DNA of 64,000 nucleotides from Ophelia neglecta (lineage: Eukaryota), in contig OZ260665.1 in assembly GCA_965285935.1 (NCBI GenBank), positions 24,118,001 to 24,182,000 of the forward strand, read 5' to 3'. Made by a program: the position numbers and the translations under genes. Each line of letters opens with the position of its first letter. The stretch's first letter is position 1. Shown one piece after another: positions 51,828-64,000 of this stretch. The notes below the pieces were generated by a model. The model worked only from the letters and a program-made list of their open reading frames with translations, searched no databases and was not told the DNA's origin.

Positions 51828-54438
51828 TACCCCATAAGCGCCAAAGCTTGGATGGAGGTTGTAGCTGTACTGCATGGGGTATACTATGAATATTTCAAGA
51901 GAAAATCTAATTCCTGCAGAATTTATGGCAATGACAGGCATTTTTCTGCCTTTAAAACTTAAAGATAATCCACACCAAGTCGGTGATCCCCTTCAAGGCT
52001 AGTTATTTATATTACGAATGCAAACGTTTTCAGGCCCAACTCTTTAAAGTTCATATAGGGCCCTGTACCCAATAACTATCTATAATCAATCACCGAAAGG
52101 GAAACCAACTCTGTTAAACGTGGCATGCGATTAAGGCACGGGGCGGAAACGGCACCATAAAGCGGAACCAGTTGGAAGGCCCGGTTAGGCAAAATTTCTC
52201 CATTTGCAGTAAATATAAGAACGCTTGAAACATCCCAGCACTAAATATATTTTGCATTCAGTAAATAGCGTGATATTTGCCCGGTCACAGAGTTGAAGTA
52301 ATATATATTTAGTTATATGTTATTTAGACTATCATAGAGTATTAGAGTATTGAGTAATAGACCCAAAACTTGCTTTTTTTGTACACAAGTAGACTATGTA
52401 ATGGCTACAGCCTGCATTCGCTGACCGACGTAAAACTAATGTCATAGACTTGAATAAAACGCGTTGTGCCCGGACAATGTATAAAACAATATAAATGATG
52501 TTGTATTTGTTTGTGGGCTTTTGGGACCAGTTTGTTTTGAATTCCACCTGGTTGTAAGCCACCACTTGGGCCCAAGTAGAGGTGTCCTGAACCACGGTAC
52601 CAAGATGCAACGAGCCATCGCCATACGAGTCTGGCCGACCTAGACACCCAGACCCGCCGGTGTATGCTTTCTTTTTCAGCTTAGGTAAAGCCGGCCCCAT
52701 GGCACAGGACATACGATTTCGTTAATGTGTCTGCCATCGTACCTGTGCGTTCAATCTTTTAGAGGAAGTCAGGACATTTGATAGCTTAATGCCCAAGACT
52801 CTTGTGTTACTCTTTCAACCTAAATGCACTTGCTCGTCTCTTAAACTGATGAAAAAAAATCCCATGGAAAAAGGGTGTCAGTGAGTCACCAAGACCCAAG
52901 CTTCTTTGACCAAGGCCTATATATATCGGAGAGGAGCGGCAATAGATCTCTGTCTCCATCCGCGTGGTACTCAAGATCATTTTCGTTTACTTAACGATGT
53001 TGAGAACATAAACCGGCCCCTGTTGTCCTTTTTAGTGAAACGTGGTTGAACCCTCGCTCATGAAACGTTCATATAATGGTTTAAGCCTTAATCACGGTAT
53101 CTGTTGACACGATTAAAGGGCATACTGCTTTTGTATGAAATTGGACCGGATACTGAGAAGGGTAAACATGGCTACATTAAACCCTTATGTCCACGGAGGC
53201 GCCACGATCTTCTGGTGAGAGCGTTTTCGTAGGCGAATGTTCTTCAGTTTTTTAAATTACATGTCTGCTATACGTGCACGTATGGCTTTTAAATAAAATT
53301 AGGCATAATAAGCATTATTAACATAGTTAACAAACAAAAGTAAGTTTATCAAAATAGATGTATCATCTTTGGCAGGAATTAATCACATTTTGTTGAAGCT
53401 CTTTGATTTCCCATGGGAAGGACTGAAGAGCCACACAAAAAAGAAGACGCAAAAAGGAACACGATGTCTTAATTTCTCTGGACATTTATGGCAAAATATA
53501 GTTAAATTACCTCAGAAATGTGAAAGAAATATTTTTCAGCCACTGTTTAGCTCATTGGTTAATGTTATGATGAAAAAGCCTGAATTAGTAAAAATACCAA
53601 GGACCTCGGTTGATTGTGTGTAAGCTTTACATCTTTAAAAGGTTCACGTATATAAGTTGCAATAAAGACGAGCAATATGAAAGTAGAAGGTCAGAGCCAG
53701 AAGCAGCCGATTTCCCCTGTGTTGGTTAAGGCCAGCAGTGTTCCCCTAATCAATTGTGACTTGAGAGAATTCCTTCCCTGTGCAGGTTATAGCGCGGATG
53801 AACCAAGCACAGTAATACATCATCAATGAAAAACGCGAAAAAGTGGTCTCAAAAATGCTCACGTCTGCTTATAGGTATGGCAACATGATTATACACTGTC
53901 GGGAAGGATGAATCAGCTTCCGGTCGGGGCCATTTGTCAAAATGAACGAGGAAGATAAACCGCTTACATAAGGTTAGTCCACAATGGATAATAAATGTTT
54001 AACCATGTCTCTGATGAGCATTTGTGAGATAAGTTGCCTTCTCAAACCAATATCATTCGCAGATTTGGGCTTTCAAACTTCGCACTGGATATTTTAGTAT
54101 AATTAGTCTCCCCTAATTTAAAGTAATAATGTGCACGGTATTTACCGATACTGGCGCAAAGCAGGGGAAATTCTGACCAACACCTTAATAAGCGTTCACA
54201 TGGTCACATGGGACATGATAATCACGCGGAGACCACGTGAGAAGACTACCACGAGAAGATAATGAGAGACCCAGGTGATCATGATCGTCTGGAGAATAAC
54301 TAGAGGCTTCCGGCCTTGTTACTTATTAAGAATGTATCACTTCGCATCAACTAACAGTTGATGAATGGGCGCGGGGGAATACAAGAGGGCAAACATTACG
54401 ATGTAGTCCGCTTAAAAAGAGTCAAATGTACCACCTAC

Positions 54439-54551
54439 CTGGCACAATGGATACAGTCTTTAGGGCACGTAGCACACGAAATGTCCGCAAACTGGATATG
54501 TTGCCTAAACTGTTGCTACCGCTTGTGTGTTCTAGGATAAGGGTTACATAA
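54439..54551 (-). CDS. Nav2: Nav2 exon: DI S3-S4
   Basis: tttcag|T...G|gtaggt; [38 protein letters not shown]; 113 nt; not in the ORF track. Confidence 0.93.
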
Positions 54552-54748
54552 CTGAAAAGAACATAAGTTTTATAATTCTTAGCCTTAAACGTATTTTATA
54601 ATCTTTTGCTTGTTGAGTACCGACAATTCTGAGGTGATATTATAACCATTCCATCATAGATCGATTTAAGAAAGTGTGAAACATAATCAGTTACCCGCCT
54701 TTACCTCTACTAAAAGGGGGCATAAAATGGCGATAAATGACAACTTAC

Positions 54749-54877
54749 GCTGATATTATGACGATTATGTCTAATATATTCCACGAGTCTCTAAGATATG
54801 TATATTTGTAGATGATGAGGCCTCGTGCTACGAGCTTGATTAGACATTCCACGGTGTAAATGCCAGTGAATACATAC
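54749..54877 (-). CDS. Nav2: Nav2 exon: DI S2-S3
   Basis: ttacag|G...GC|gtaagt; [20 protein letters not shown]...[17 protein letters not shown]; 129 nt. Confidence 0.93.
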
Positions 54878-57231
54878 CTGTAATTAATGAAATATAAAAA
54901 CATAAGATAAAAATGATCCAAACCAGCACTGGGGAGGAACTTTTTTTTTGGTGTGCGCATCTACTGACAAAAATAGGTCTATGGCACTTTTCGACATATG
55001 AAGGTGATTAAATACGACCTGTCTGTTCTGGCTAAGCTACCAAGGCAATATGAGCGCAAATATATCAAATAAAAAACTACTTCCGCTATGGATGTTCTGG
55101 AATGTCATCCAACTTTCAGGTGTAAAAATTAAATAGGTGCAAGTAGGGCAAGGGCAGAAATGTGTAAATCTCCCATGGGTAACATTCAAGGACGAAATAA
55201 ATACGACGAGCAAAATTGATCAAATAATGAACTTCGGTTGACCTAAATGTGACTTGCGGTTAATAGCGTGACATATGCCCATTGGCTAATGGTTTATAAC
55301 TCCCCCATCGCACTTCTATTTCAAATCCTCCTAAGTTTGATCACCGTACTCTCTTAATAGCAAATAATACCCTTTCTCCATCACAACAAAGAGTTGAGAT
55401 GCAATAACTTTACATATTGGAAACTATAAAAATTTGGCGATCAGGAAAATTTTCGGGTAATCGCGGATTTCGCCAAAATTTCTTGTGAACAATTTCGCTA
55501 CGTAAAGCTTAACTTTCTATAGAATCCCATTGTCTATAATGATTCGGCTATGCATTTTCGAGTCCGACATAGGCCTATATGATGAAATATAGTTCGTGAG
55601 TGTCCTGCACGCGCAAATGTCTTGATTTACAGCAAACTTGCTTTCAAGGGAACAGCTAAAAGTGCACTCATCCGGGCATCTACCTTCATTTGCCACAGAA
55701 TCTCTTGCCGTGCTCAGAGACCATTAGACACAAGCGCCTTTTATTGTTGGCCACTGATCAATGCTTCTAGCAATGACAACAAAAATGTGATGGATGGCTT
55801 TGTTATTGTGCTCAAACTTTAGTCGGATAAATGGACAGAAAGAGGCATGCCGATAGAAGGCTGCCTGATACACAGTCATTATATTGAAGGATAAAAAGCT
55901 AAGACATTTTGCTAAAATCGAGGGACATATACAATAGTTCATTATCCGTCATTGAAAAGCTCACTTAAGTTTGTGGTATATTGAAAAAGTGCGCTTGGAT
56001 ACCGTATGGAAAATCGATGCCAACGCACCCTTTTGGGACAATCACAGTGATGTAGGTGGTCTCGTGAACAGTGGAGCTACTGCAAGACTGCGACATAAGT
56101 TTGATGCATGGGGAATTTGAAAAAAAACTACAGGCCCTTTGACAAAGATACCATGCAAAGATGGGTTCACAGGAAAAAGCAAAGGTGTAAAGATGGCGTT
56201 CAACACACCAGGCACATTTAAACTTTCGGTGGCTAATGTACATTAAACATCCGGTGTTCTAAAAAGGAGTGTCCGCTTTTAATATATGTCACGTGGCACG
56301 ATTATTGGGGCTATACAACTAGAATAGGCCTAACGTTCAGGGTATATCGACCGATACTTCGTTAATAGGCCTATATTCTATAATACATTTTAGCGACGAA
56401 CTTATTCATTGGTTGAAAACTGCCACATTCATCAAAAAAAATCTAGATTTCATTCCATGTTTTGCAAAAAGCTATAAAAATGAGGAATAAGCCAGAGATA
56501 TTCATTGATACCGATTTTAGGACTACCGATGTTGGCATTACCATTGCCATATCACGTGGGCCAGACGTCGGATCTATGGATTTCCATATAGCCTAGTTGT
56601 TGTCATTCCCAGAACATGTATACATGTACATGTCTATTTATGAAGTGCTGGGTATTTCACACAGGCTTCTCATGGCATTCCGTTTCAGTTGATAAATAAA
56701 TTAGTCGGAGAATAAACGATGGATTGATTTAAAAAGTAAAGATTTTTCTTTATCAGAGTCAAATCAGTGTATTAAGGGGGCTGCGGTATAATAAAATAAA
56801 GATTTGTTTGGCAAGAAACATTTTCAAGGGGGAAAACACTGCTGTTTTCTCTCGACGTTGCCGTTTTCATTCTCAGCATGCATTTATTTGTTATTTCGAA
56901 ATTTGGCGATTCGTTGAGCTTTTACTTGATTACACCGTGGCGTAACTCCTTCAAAATATTTCCATCAGCACCCGAGTGAGTGGCCAGAGAGAGAGAGAGC
57001 AAGGGTGTCAGTCGGCGATAGAGGATTATTGTTGCAAGTGGATGCAAAAGGTGCAGTTCATATATAGTATGATTGGAAAGGAAGCAGATAATAAATTGTC
57101 ATTCCTGTCTGAGAGGGAGGAGGGGTAAGGAAGATGGAGGCAAAGGAATTATTATTTTTATTATCAATCTCGGACAATGTTTACGCAAAGAAAAGCCTGT
57201 TAATGTATAATAATTGATGGTTTTAACTTAC

Positions 57232-57446
57232 TCGGCTACGTCTGTGAATGTTGACTGCGGAAGTGCTAAACACACGCAGTTGAAGAGAATGGTGAAAATG
57301 ATGAAGTAGTCGAAGAACTGATTGGTCGCCAGCCAGACGGCGAATCGTCGTATCGGGTTCCATGGCGTCAGGAGAAAGAAAGCCCGCGTCGCCGAGAACC
57401 GATGAATATATTTCTTCTTGAACCTTGACGTGATTACCACGAAGCT
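57232..57446 (-). CDS. Nav2: Nav2 exon: N-terminal domain and DI S1
   Basis: tttcag|AGC...GA|gtaagt; SFVVITSRFKKKYIHRFSATRAFFLLTPWNPIRR...FDYFIIFTILFNCVCLAL; 215 nt. Confidence 0.93.
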
Positions 57447-59309
57447 CTGAAACAAACATTTCAATTCGTTTTAAATCACATAACCCGTTCGATTCACATG
57501 AAAAATGATTCAAAGTTTCGAAATGAAAAAGATAAGGTATTTTATCTTATAAAGACGTGTGATGGAATATTTTGTCATGAAATTGTTAAAACTAAACGAT
57601 AGATTATTTATGCACGAAGGGGTTTTATATTTGAAAAGGATATCCACAGGAGCTTGTATTATGCATATAAATAATATCTATATATGCAATCATTATCATT
57701 TATGTATATCACACATAATTGCATAGGTATATGAAAAGAGTGATGTAATGAATATGCACGAAGAAAAGTAAAATCCGCATGGCCAGTCCTTAAAAAACTG
57801 CAATTTGTCACAAATAGTCGTCGATGCAGAAAGCTGGCATTTGTGAGAACACGTCACCCTCAGAAAACCAATACTCAGAATAATCAACGCATTGCATGCC
57901 GGGAACAACAAAAGTTAAACAAGCGATACTGCAAGGCCGGCATCCAGTAGTATTTGTAAACGATTGTACTCTTAACGGTGATTACGTAGCGTTATTCATA
58001 GTCTGTCAATTCATGGGGCTTATCTGCATTAGTGAACGATAATAGGAGGTACTTCGCAATATCGCTCGGGGTAGTCCTCCGCTAAAAGTATTAACCGGAT
58101 AAAGGAGCTGCCAATCGTTTATAATGATCGAGTCGCTCATCGTCATTATAAATCAAAGAGGAGGGGGGATTCATCATGTTCATATTCAGTGAAAGGAAAA
58201 CAATCTGAAAATTAATTGACGAAATGACCTTGCCGTGCCATCCTATTTACGAGTCGTTCCAGGGTTGTGCGCGCGCAGAACGCTGGGCGGACTGATAAGA
58301 CACTTTGCCAGTTTGATGTAGAATAATAACAGAAAAACTGTCTATCGTGTGCCCAACGATGATATCACTCGGGGAGTTGTCCCAAAGAAACCTGCTGACC
58401 CACTACCAGACGACAATGAAATCTCCTATCGGGTCATTTCACAAATTAAAAAAACTGTGTACTTTTTTCCCGCGTATAGGCCTAAATTATCTCTTTCTAA
58501 AATATGGCTGCGAAGTATCGTAATACATCTTAAGAATGTTTTATTTTCATTTCGCATTTGCATTATGCCTATTTCCATTTCTTTTAAAAGAATATCATAT
58601 CTGTATAAATATAGGGCCTAGTGTAAAATACGAGTAGCCCTGGAAGGCTGCAGTGTCCCACTGATATATAACCCGGATAACTCGCGCTAAAAGGAAGTCA
58701 TTAGAATGAATATTCTAGCAAGTTCGTGTCCGTATATACATATAGTGCCATGACTTTGTTGTATCTCTACGCCAAGTGAGATTACCCCCGTTGTTTCCAT
58801 CCAGCTGCAGGCGTGCCTCCTCCGTAGTAAGGCAATGTTTCTAAAAAAGAGTGATTTGACAGGACGATGACCTTTAAGCTAAGTAAAATAGTTTCAGCTG
58901 GCGTGATATTCTGCCAGAACCCGGATGTTGGCCATGAACATCTATCACATTCTCTACCGGGGAAGCAGAATCTCTACAGTTATTTTCATATTTACTATCA
59001 TGTTAATGTTAGCAAGACACAAATCATACTGAGTGTATAGTGAAAATATAAAGATCCTTTACGATCGCCAGAGCTATTGAGATATGAATAATTGACCTCG
59101 GAAAATGTGTTAGGCCTTACTGCGGTACGGTATTAACTCAAAATAGACCGATGCAGTAAGGATATTTTAAAAGCGAGGAAATTCCTTATAGATAAAACAT
59201 AGGCTTGTATCGAGTACACCTATATATAACTGTAGGTCAGAATGATGATCTTCTGGGGGGGGGGGGTTACGCCCTTTTCTCAGGATCAAAAGACTTGTCA
59301 AATCAACGA

Positions 59310-59483
59310 CAGTGAAACCATCCAAGACCATCCAAGAGACTGGGAAATTCTGGTCTGATTACAGAGGTGGTCTGTTTAAACGGGTTATCTCACATTGCTA
59401 AGGTACATTTTGATCTTAATATTAGTGGCCTGAATCTACCGGCGGTCTGATTATAGAGGTGGTCTTTAAGCCAAGTTTCACTG
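59310..59483. mobile_element. MITE copy 4
   Basis: CAGTGAAACC...AGAGGTGGTCTTTAAGCCAAGTTTCACTG|TA; shares internal blocks with copies 1 and 2. Confidence 0.8.
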
Positions 59484-61400
59484 TATATGGGAAGGGTAGG
59501 TACGTTTTTGTGGTTACTCTGATGGGTTGGGTTTAGTCACATACATTTCTCCTACGTCTTATTCCACAATGGCACTTAGCTATATAGCACTGTATGGTTT
59601 TAATCCGCCATGATGCCAACACAGGGTAAACGAGAGGGACTAGATAATATGGCAAAACACCGTTGTATTAAAATGATAGGAGTCCCCTGTTTGGCGGGTA
59701 CAAACCGACTTCTTCCACTAACCCTAACCTCACCTTGGGAGCTCGCCGCTCTTGAAGCACTACCGTGGCGTTAAGTCCGCCAATCTAGACATTCTAGTGT
59801 CTAGTTTCCGGTTTCTACATCCTGGTTAATAACGTCCCCCTGTCACAAAATATACTGGTATATGTCATTTCCCGGTCGTTATTTATCCTCGGCGGTTGAG
59901 TACAGGCTGGGGGACAATACAGTCAGAGTGCTCGTATATTTCCAAAACGACCAGAAACTTATCGGCGGTAAATTATATAAGGGACACCTGGATCCTGGTC
60001 TTTTTGGCCACCCGGATGAAGCCATCACCAAGAAGCAGCCGACATTTTTACGAATCTGACTGGCCAAAAAAAGACGAGTTATGGCATTTAAATAGTCCAT
60101 TAAAGACAATCTGCGCTCACGTGCTGAGATATGTGCGGAGAATTTATAGGAGTAAGTAACTGTACGAGAGTTTGGACTGAGTGTTCATGCCCGCGGCAAA
60201 TTGCGACTCACATTGTGTAGTAGATAATGGACGCCGGATGCATTATCACATGTGGCAGACATTATTTTAAGTCTAATATCATGGGTGATAATCTACCAAA
60301 CACACTCACTCTGTGGCGAACTTCTAGACAGGACAGTGCTTTAGATGAGTGGATTTTAGCGGCTTTGTCATAACTACTAATTGTTTAGATTAGACATACA
60401 CATAACACAGGAAGCACAAATTTAGTAGGCCAGTTGTGGTTATGATATAAGTCCGACGCTTGCTATGCACTGAATAAAGAAGACACCATGTCTCATTGAT
60501 TACCCTCTACTGGGACATGATAATCTATAGATTCTTATTTCCCATGGAGGCCTTTTTGAGTGCCCAATTCATGAAACATCTAGTGCATTTACAGGGCAGG
60601 GTCCTTACCCTGTGTTATCCTATTGGTAATTAGTCTCTACTAGTAATTAGTCACTCTCTACCACCTATAATTAATCACTCTCCAGATCTCGAAAGGCTTG
60701 TGTCGTAGACACCAGTAGTCAAGGTAGTCGGGGTGGAGACTAAATACAGGTAAATGCACGATTTTCGCGGCTACTCTAAAGGATTAAAAAAAGGGTCTCA
60801 TCTAGATTTCCTACCAGAGAATTGCCGTTAATGATAACCCTACCTCACTGTTTTGGTAAGTCAAGGTGGTTGACCGAATGTTAAGTTTTGAATACTCACT
60901 GGCAGACACCACCCAGTTAATGTGCTCCTCGCCCTGACGGGCTCGGGGCCAATCAACTCCGAACTCCTCTTCCAGCTGGTACTGTATACATGACGTAATT
61001 CTATTATTGACAGCGTGGAAGAAATCTACGAGTTATTATCTTGCTGGCATAGACATGGCTCCACAAAATCTGATTTCGAAGCAAAAATATACAGGAAGTT
61101 GGCAGTTTTACTCTTGCGTCTACACTTTTCTTCAATAAAGATAAAGGCGCAACAATTTCAAAAGTATAACGTCACAATTCGCCCCCACCACATATGGACA
61201 TTTTCCAGATTTCACCAATCCAATCCGCCTTATTGACTATTAAAGAGATATCGATTGTTTAGATTCTCCCATCTTGGTATTCTCTTCGAAAGAATACCCG
61301 TGACTATTTTGGTTAAAAGTAAAAAGCCAAAACACGTCGTGAGCTATATCCTGTTACATAAAAGGCGTTACGGGTTACTCTAGGTAATTGTTCGTACAAT

Positions 61401-62451
61401 GACCCTATCAGTACAGTGACCCTAACAGTACAGTGACCCTAACAGCACAGTGACCCTAACAGCACCGGGACCCTAACAGTACAGTGACCCTAACAGCACA
61501 GTGACCCTAACAGCACAGTGACCCTAACAGTACAGTGACCCTAACAGTACAGTGACCCTACCAGTACAGTGACCCTATAACAATACAGTGACCCTACCAG
61601 TACAGTGACCCTACCAGTACAGTGAGCCTACCAGTACAGTGAACCTAACAGTACAGTGACCCTAACAGCACAGTGACCCTACCAGTACAGTGACCCTATA
61701 ACAATACAGTGACCCTACCAGTACAGTGACCCTACCAGTACAGTGAGCCTACCAGTACAGTGAACCTAACAGTACAGTGACCCTAACAGCACAGTGACCC
61801 TACCAGTACAGTGACCCTATAACAATACAGTGACCCTAACAGTACAGTGAACCTAACAGTACAGTGACCCTAACAGTACAGTGACCCTACCAGTACAGTG
61901 ACCCTATAACAATACAGTGACCCTAACAGTACAGTGAGCCTACCAGTACAGTGACCCTATAACAATACAGTGACCCTACCAGTACAGTGACCCTACCAGT
62001 ACAGTGACCCTACCAGTACAGTGAACCTAACAGTACAGTGACCCTAACAGTACAGTGACCCTAACAGCACAGTGACCCTACCAGTACAGTGACCCTACCA
62101 GTACAGTGACCCTACCAGTACAGTGAGCCTACCAGTAAGTGACCCTAACAGTACAGTGACCCTAACAGCACAGTGACCCTAACAGCACAGTGACCCTAAC
62201 AGTACAGTGACCCTAACAGTACAGTGACCCTAACAGTACAGTGACCCTAACAGTACAGTGACCCTATAACAATACAGTGACCCTACAAGTACAGTGACCC
62301 TACCAGTACAGTGAGCCTACCAGTACAGTGACCCTATAACAATACAGTGACCCTACCAGCACAGTGACCCTAACAGCACAGTGACCCTAACAGCACAGTG
62401 ACCCTAAAATCACAGTGACCCTAACAGCACAGTGACCCCACCAGTACAGTG
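61401..62451. repeat. 17-bp minisatellite (GACCCTAACAGTACAGT)n, about 61 units
   Basis: Direct reading; variants ...CAGCA..., ...TACCAG..., GAGCC, GAACC and a 19-bp TATAACAATA unit. Confidence 0.97.
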
Positions 62452-62805
62452 TTGTTGTGTTTGCACACTTTTCCTATCAACATGATCGATCACTATCGAT
62501 CTAGACCAGATAAGTTTGCCAAAACGGCGCAACTGATGGCTAGTTATCATTAAATCACTAATCGAAATTTTAATTTAGTGTTTTCCAATAGGATTTTCCT
62601 TACTCCCAGCATAAAATGTGAGGATTAAAATCAGCATTATTAACTGTTGTTATTGCACGACATTATTTCTGCTAGACAAATTAATGGAGCAAGTATAAGA
62701 AAAAATAGACCTAATTCTGCGAGAACCAGGCAGTACAACTCTAAACCATTTTTATATAGTTAGGATTGCTTAAATAGTTAGAATTTTGCATGAAATGAAT
62801 ATATT

Positions 62806-62861
62806 GATTGTTCCTGATTGTTCCTGGTCCTGGTCATGTTCCTGATTGTTCCTGGTCATCT
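62806..62861. repeat. Short degenerate tandem repeat (GATTGTTCCT / GGTCCT units)
   Basis: Direct reading. Confidence 0.7.
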
Positions 62862-64000
62862 TCTGTGATATTTTCAGATGCCCAGTAATCTACTAGAATG
62901 TTATTGGCTGTGATGATCTACCACGGCTGTAGTGTATAACAATAGGAAACTATACCTAAGATATGTAATGAGACTCTACTGGGCATTTCTCCGTATACTT
63001 TTGCACCTTGGCATTGTAGGGTATTGGCAAACAGCGGATACTGTGGGGGACAATTGTCGTTTTGTGGGACACGGCTCGTTATTCATCCCTTCGAGTAGCC
63101 CCGAGAAACGTCCAGTAGTTCCTTAATTAGACTTAAATTATAGGTCTCAAGACAGTAGGAACTCGTGCAGCTAATCTGGTTCCTTGCTACATGTATAGGT
63201 GCCGTGGGGATAAACGGCCAGGCGCATGCCCGGCATTGTCGCAAAGAACAAACCCAATTATACTCAGATCATCATTAATTATCTTGATATTACTAGGCAT
63301 ATATTAAACTTGGGGAGAAGGTACCTTGTTGCCAGGAAGTCGTCTGCCGTATACACTTCCTACTGGGTTTATTTAATGCGTAAGCTCGACTGATCTATAA
63401 ACAAATCTAAAATTGGATGGTCTTAACGAGTTCCGATTGAAATGATGTGGGGATTCGAACATTGAACAATCCATTATAAATGCTTTATTCATGGGGTTCG
63501 CCCACACCCCGAAGTCAATAAAGGTATATAGGTCTCAGAATCTATGACGATTTAAACGGCATAGGCCTATCGCTGTCTTAAGAAACAGGGTTTCCACCAT
63601 TGAGAAGAGCTCAAGGAAACAAGTCCTCACCTTAGAGCTTATGTTGTATATAATTATCATTTAATGTATAATAAATAGTTGTGTTTGATGGTTAAGGTTT
63701 ATGACAAGGAAAGATCTATTGCAACTTATACCACACCATTTTACCTTACGGAAAAGTTCAATGTAAACAAGAGCTTTGGAGAAAACCAAACGTAATACTC
63801 GGGCCTAGTTCCCTGGTTGGTCAGTGGCTCCCTGAGTGTGAAGATGGATATGGGAGTGGGTGTTGGGGGCGCCCTAGACACATCCGAAATGTGAGGGGTC
63901 AACTAACTCTTTGTGACAAAACCACTACATAAATATTTTTATTTCACCATCATATGTTTTTTATACAATCAATCAAATCGAAGAAAAATTCACTATAAAA

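Larger units (their letters stand above)
29605..57446 (-). other. Nav2: Voltage-gated sodium channel alpha subunit gene, Nav2 clade (DSC1/NaCP60E/BSC1-like); 26 coding exons in the window, 5'-incomplete
   Basis: Exons joined by hand at GT(GC)-AG sites give one open frame of 5559 nt with four S1-S6 domains, R/K-x-x S4 helices, P-loops ITLDFWED / LCGEWIE / ATFEGWME / TTAAGWND (DEEA filter), a III-IV linker and an EF-hand/IQ-like C-terminus. Confidence 0.95.

Noticed and set aside
51230-54438. Mutually exclusive duplicate S3-S4 exons like those in Nav1 genes (also checked 36462-37587)
   Set aside because: No second R-x-x-R-x-x-R exon was found by eye in either intron.
61401-62451. CRISPR array, telomere, or RAG/Transib recombination signals
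   Set aside because: Units are adjacent with no unique spacers and no cas genes; CCCTAA is not tandem; CACAGTG lacks a nonamer at 12/23 spacing. It is a minisatellite.

Overview
Eukaryotic, intron-rich, AT-rich genomic DNA, most likely from a non-vertebrate bilaterian such as a lophotrochozoan (inferred from gene content). Two spliced genes lie on the minus strand, and both run off the window. (1) A voltage-gated sodium-channel alpha subunit of the Nav2 (DSC1/NaCP60E/BSC1) clade: 26 phase-consistent coding exons from 57446 down to the stop at 29605 (5559 nt, about 1852 aa, N-terminal exon not found). It has a D-E-E-A selectivity filter, an MLLT inactivation motif, a 3-residue-longer DII S4 and one GC-AG intron. 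(2) A TGF-beta ligand most similar to BMP3/GDF10: signal-peptide exon 16690-16990, a 15.7 kb intron, and a prodomain exon 940 to <1. The non-coding DNA holds four copies of a ~180 bp TA-flanked MITE, a decayed L1/Tx1-type reverse transcriptase fragment, a 17-bp minisatellite with higher-order structure, and several foldback elements. The most unusual signals are (a) about 21 copies of the palindrome TAGGCCTA, one of which is an exact 6-bp TA-duplicating insertion into one MITE copy, suggesting accumulated transposon excision footprints; (b) 17 exact copies of the 9-mer GCAGACGAC in mostly unrelated contexts; and (c) five Pumilio elements in the putative Nav2 3' UTR. All counts and splice sites were read by eye and no database searches were run.
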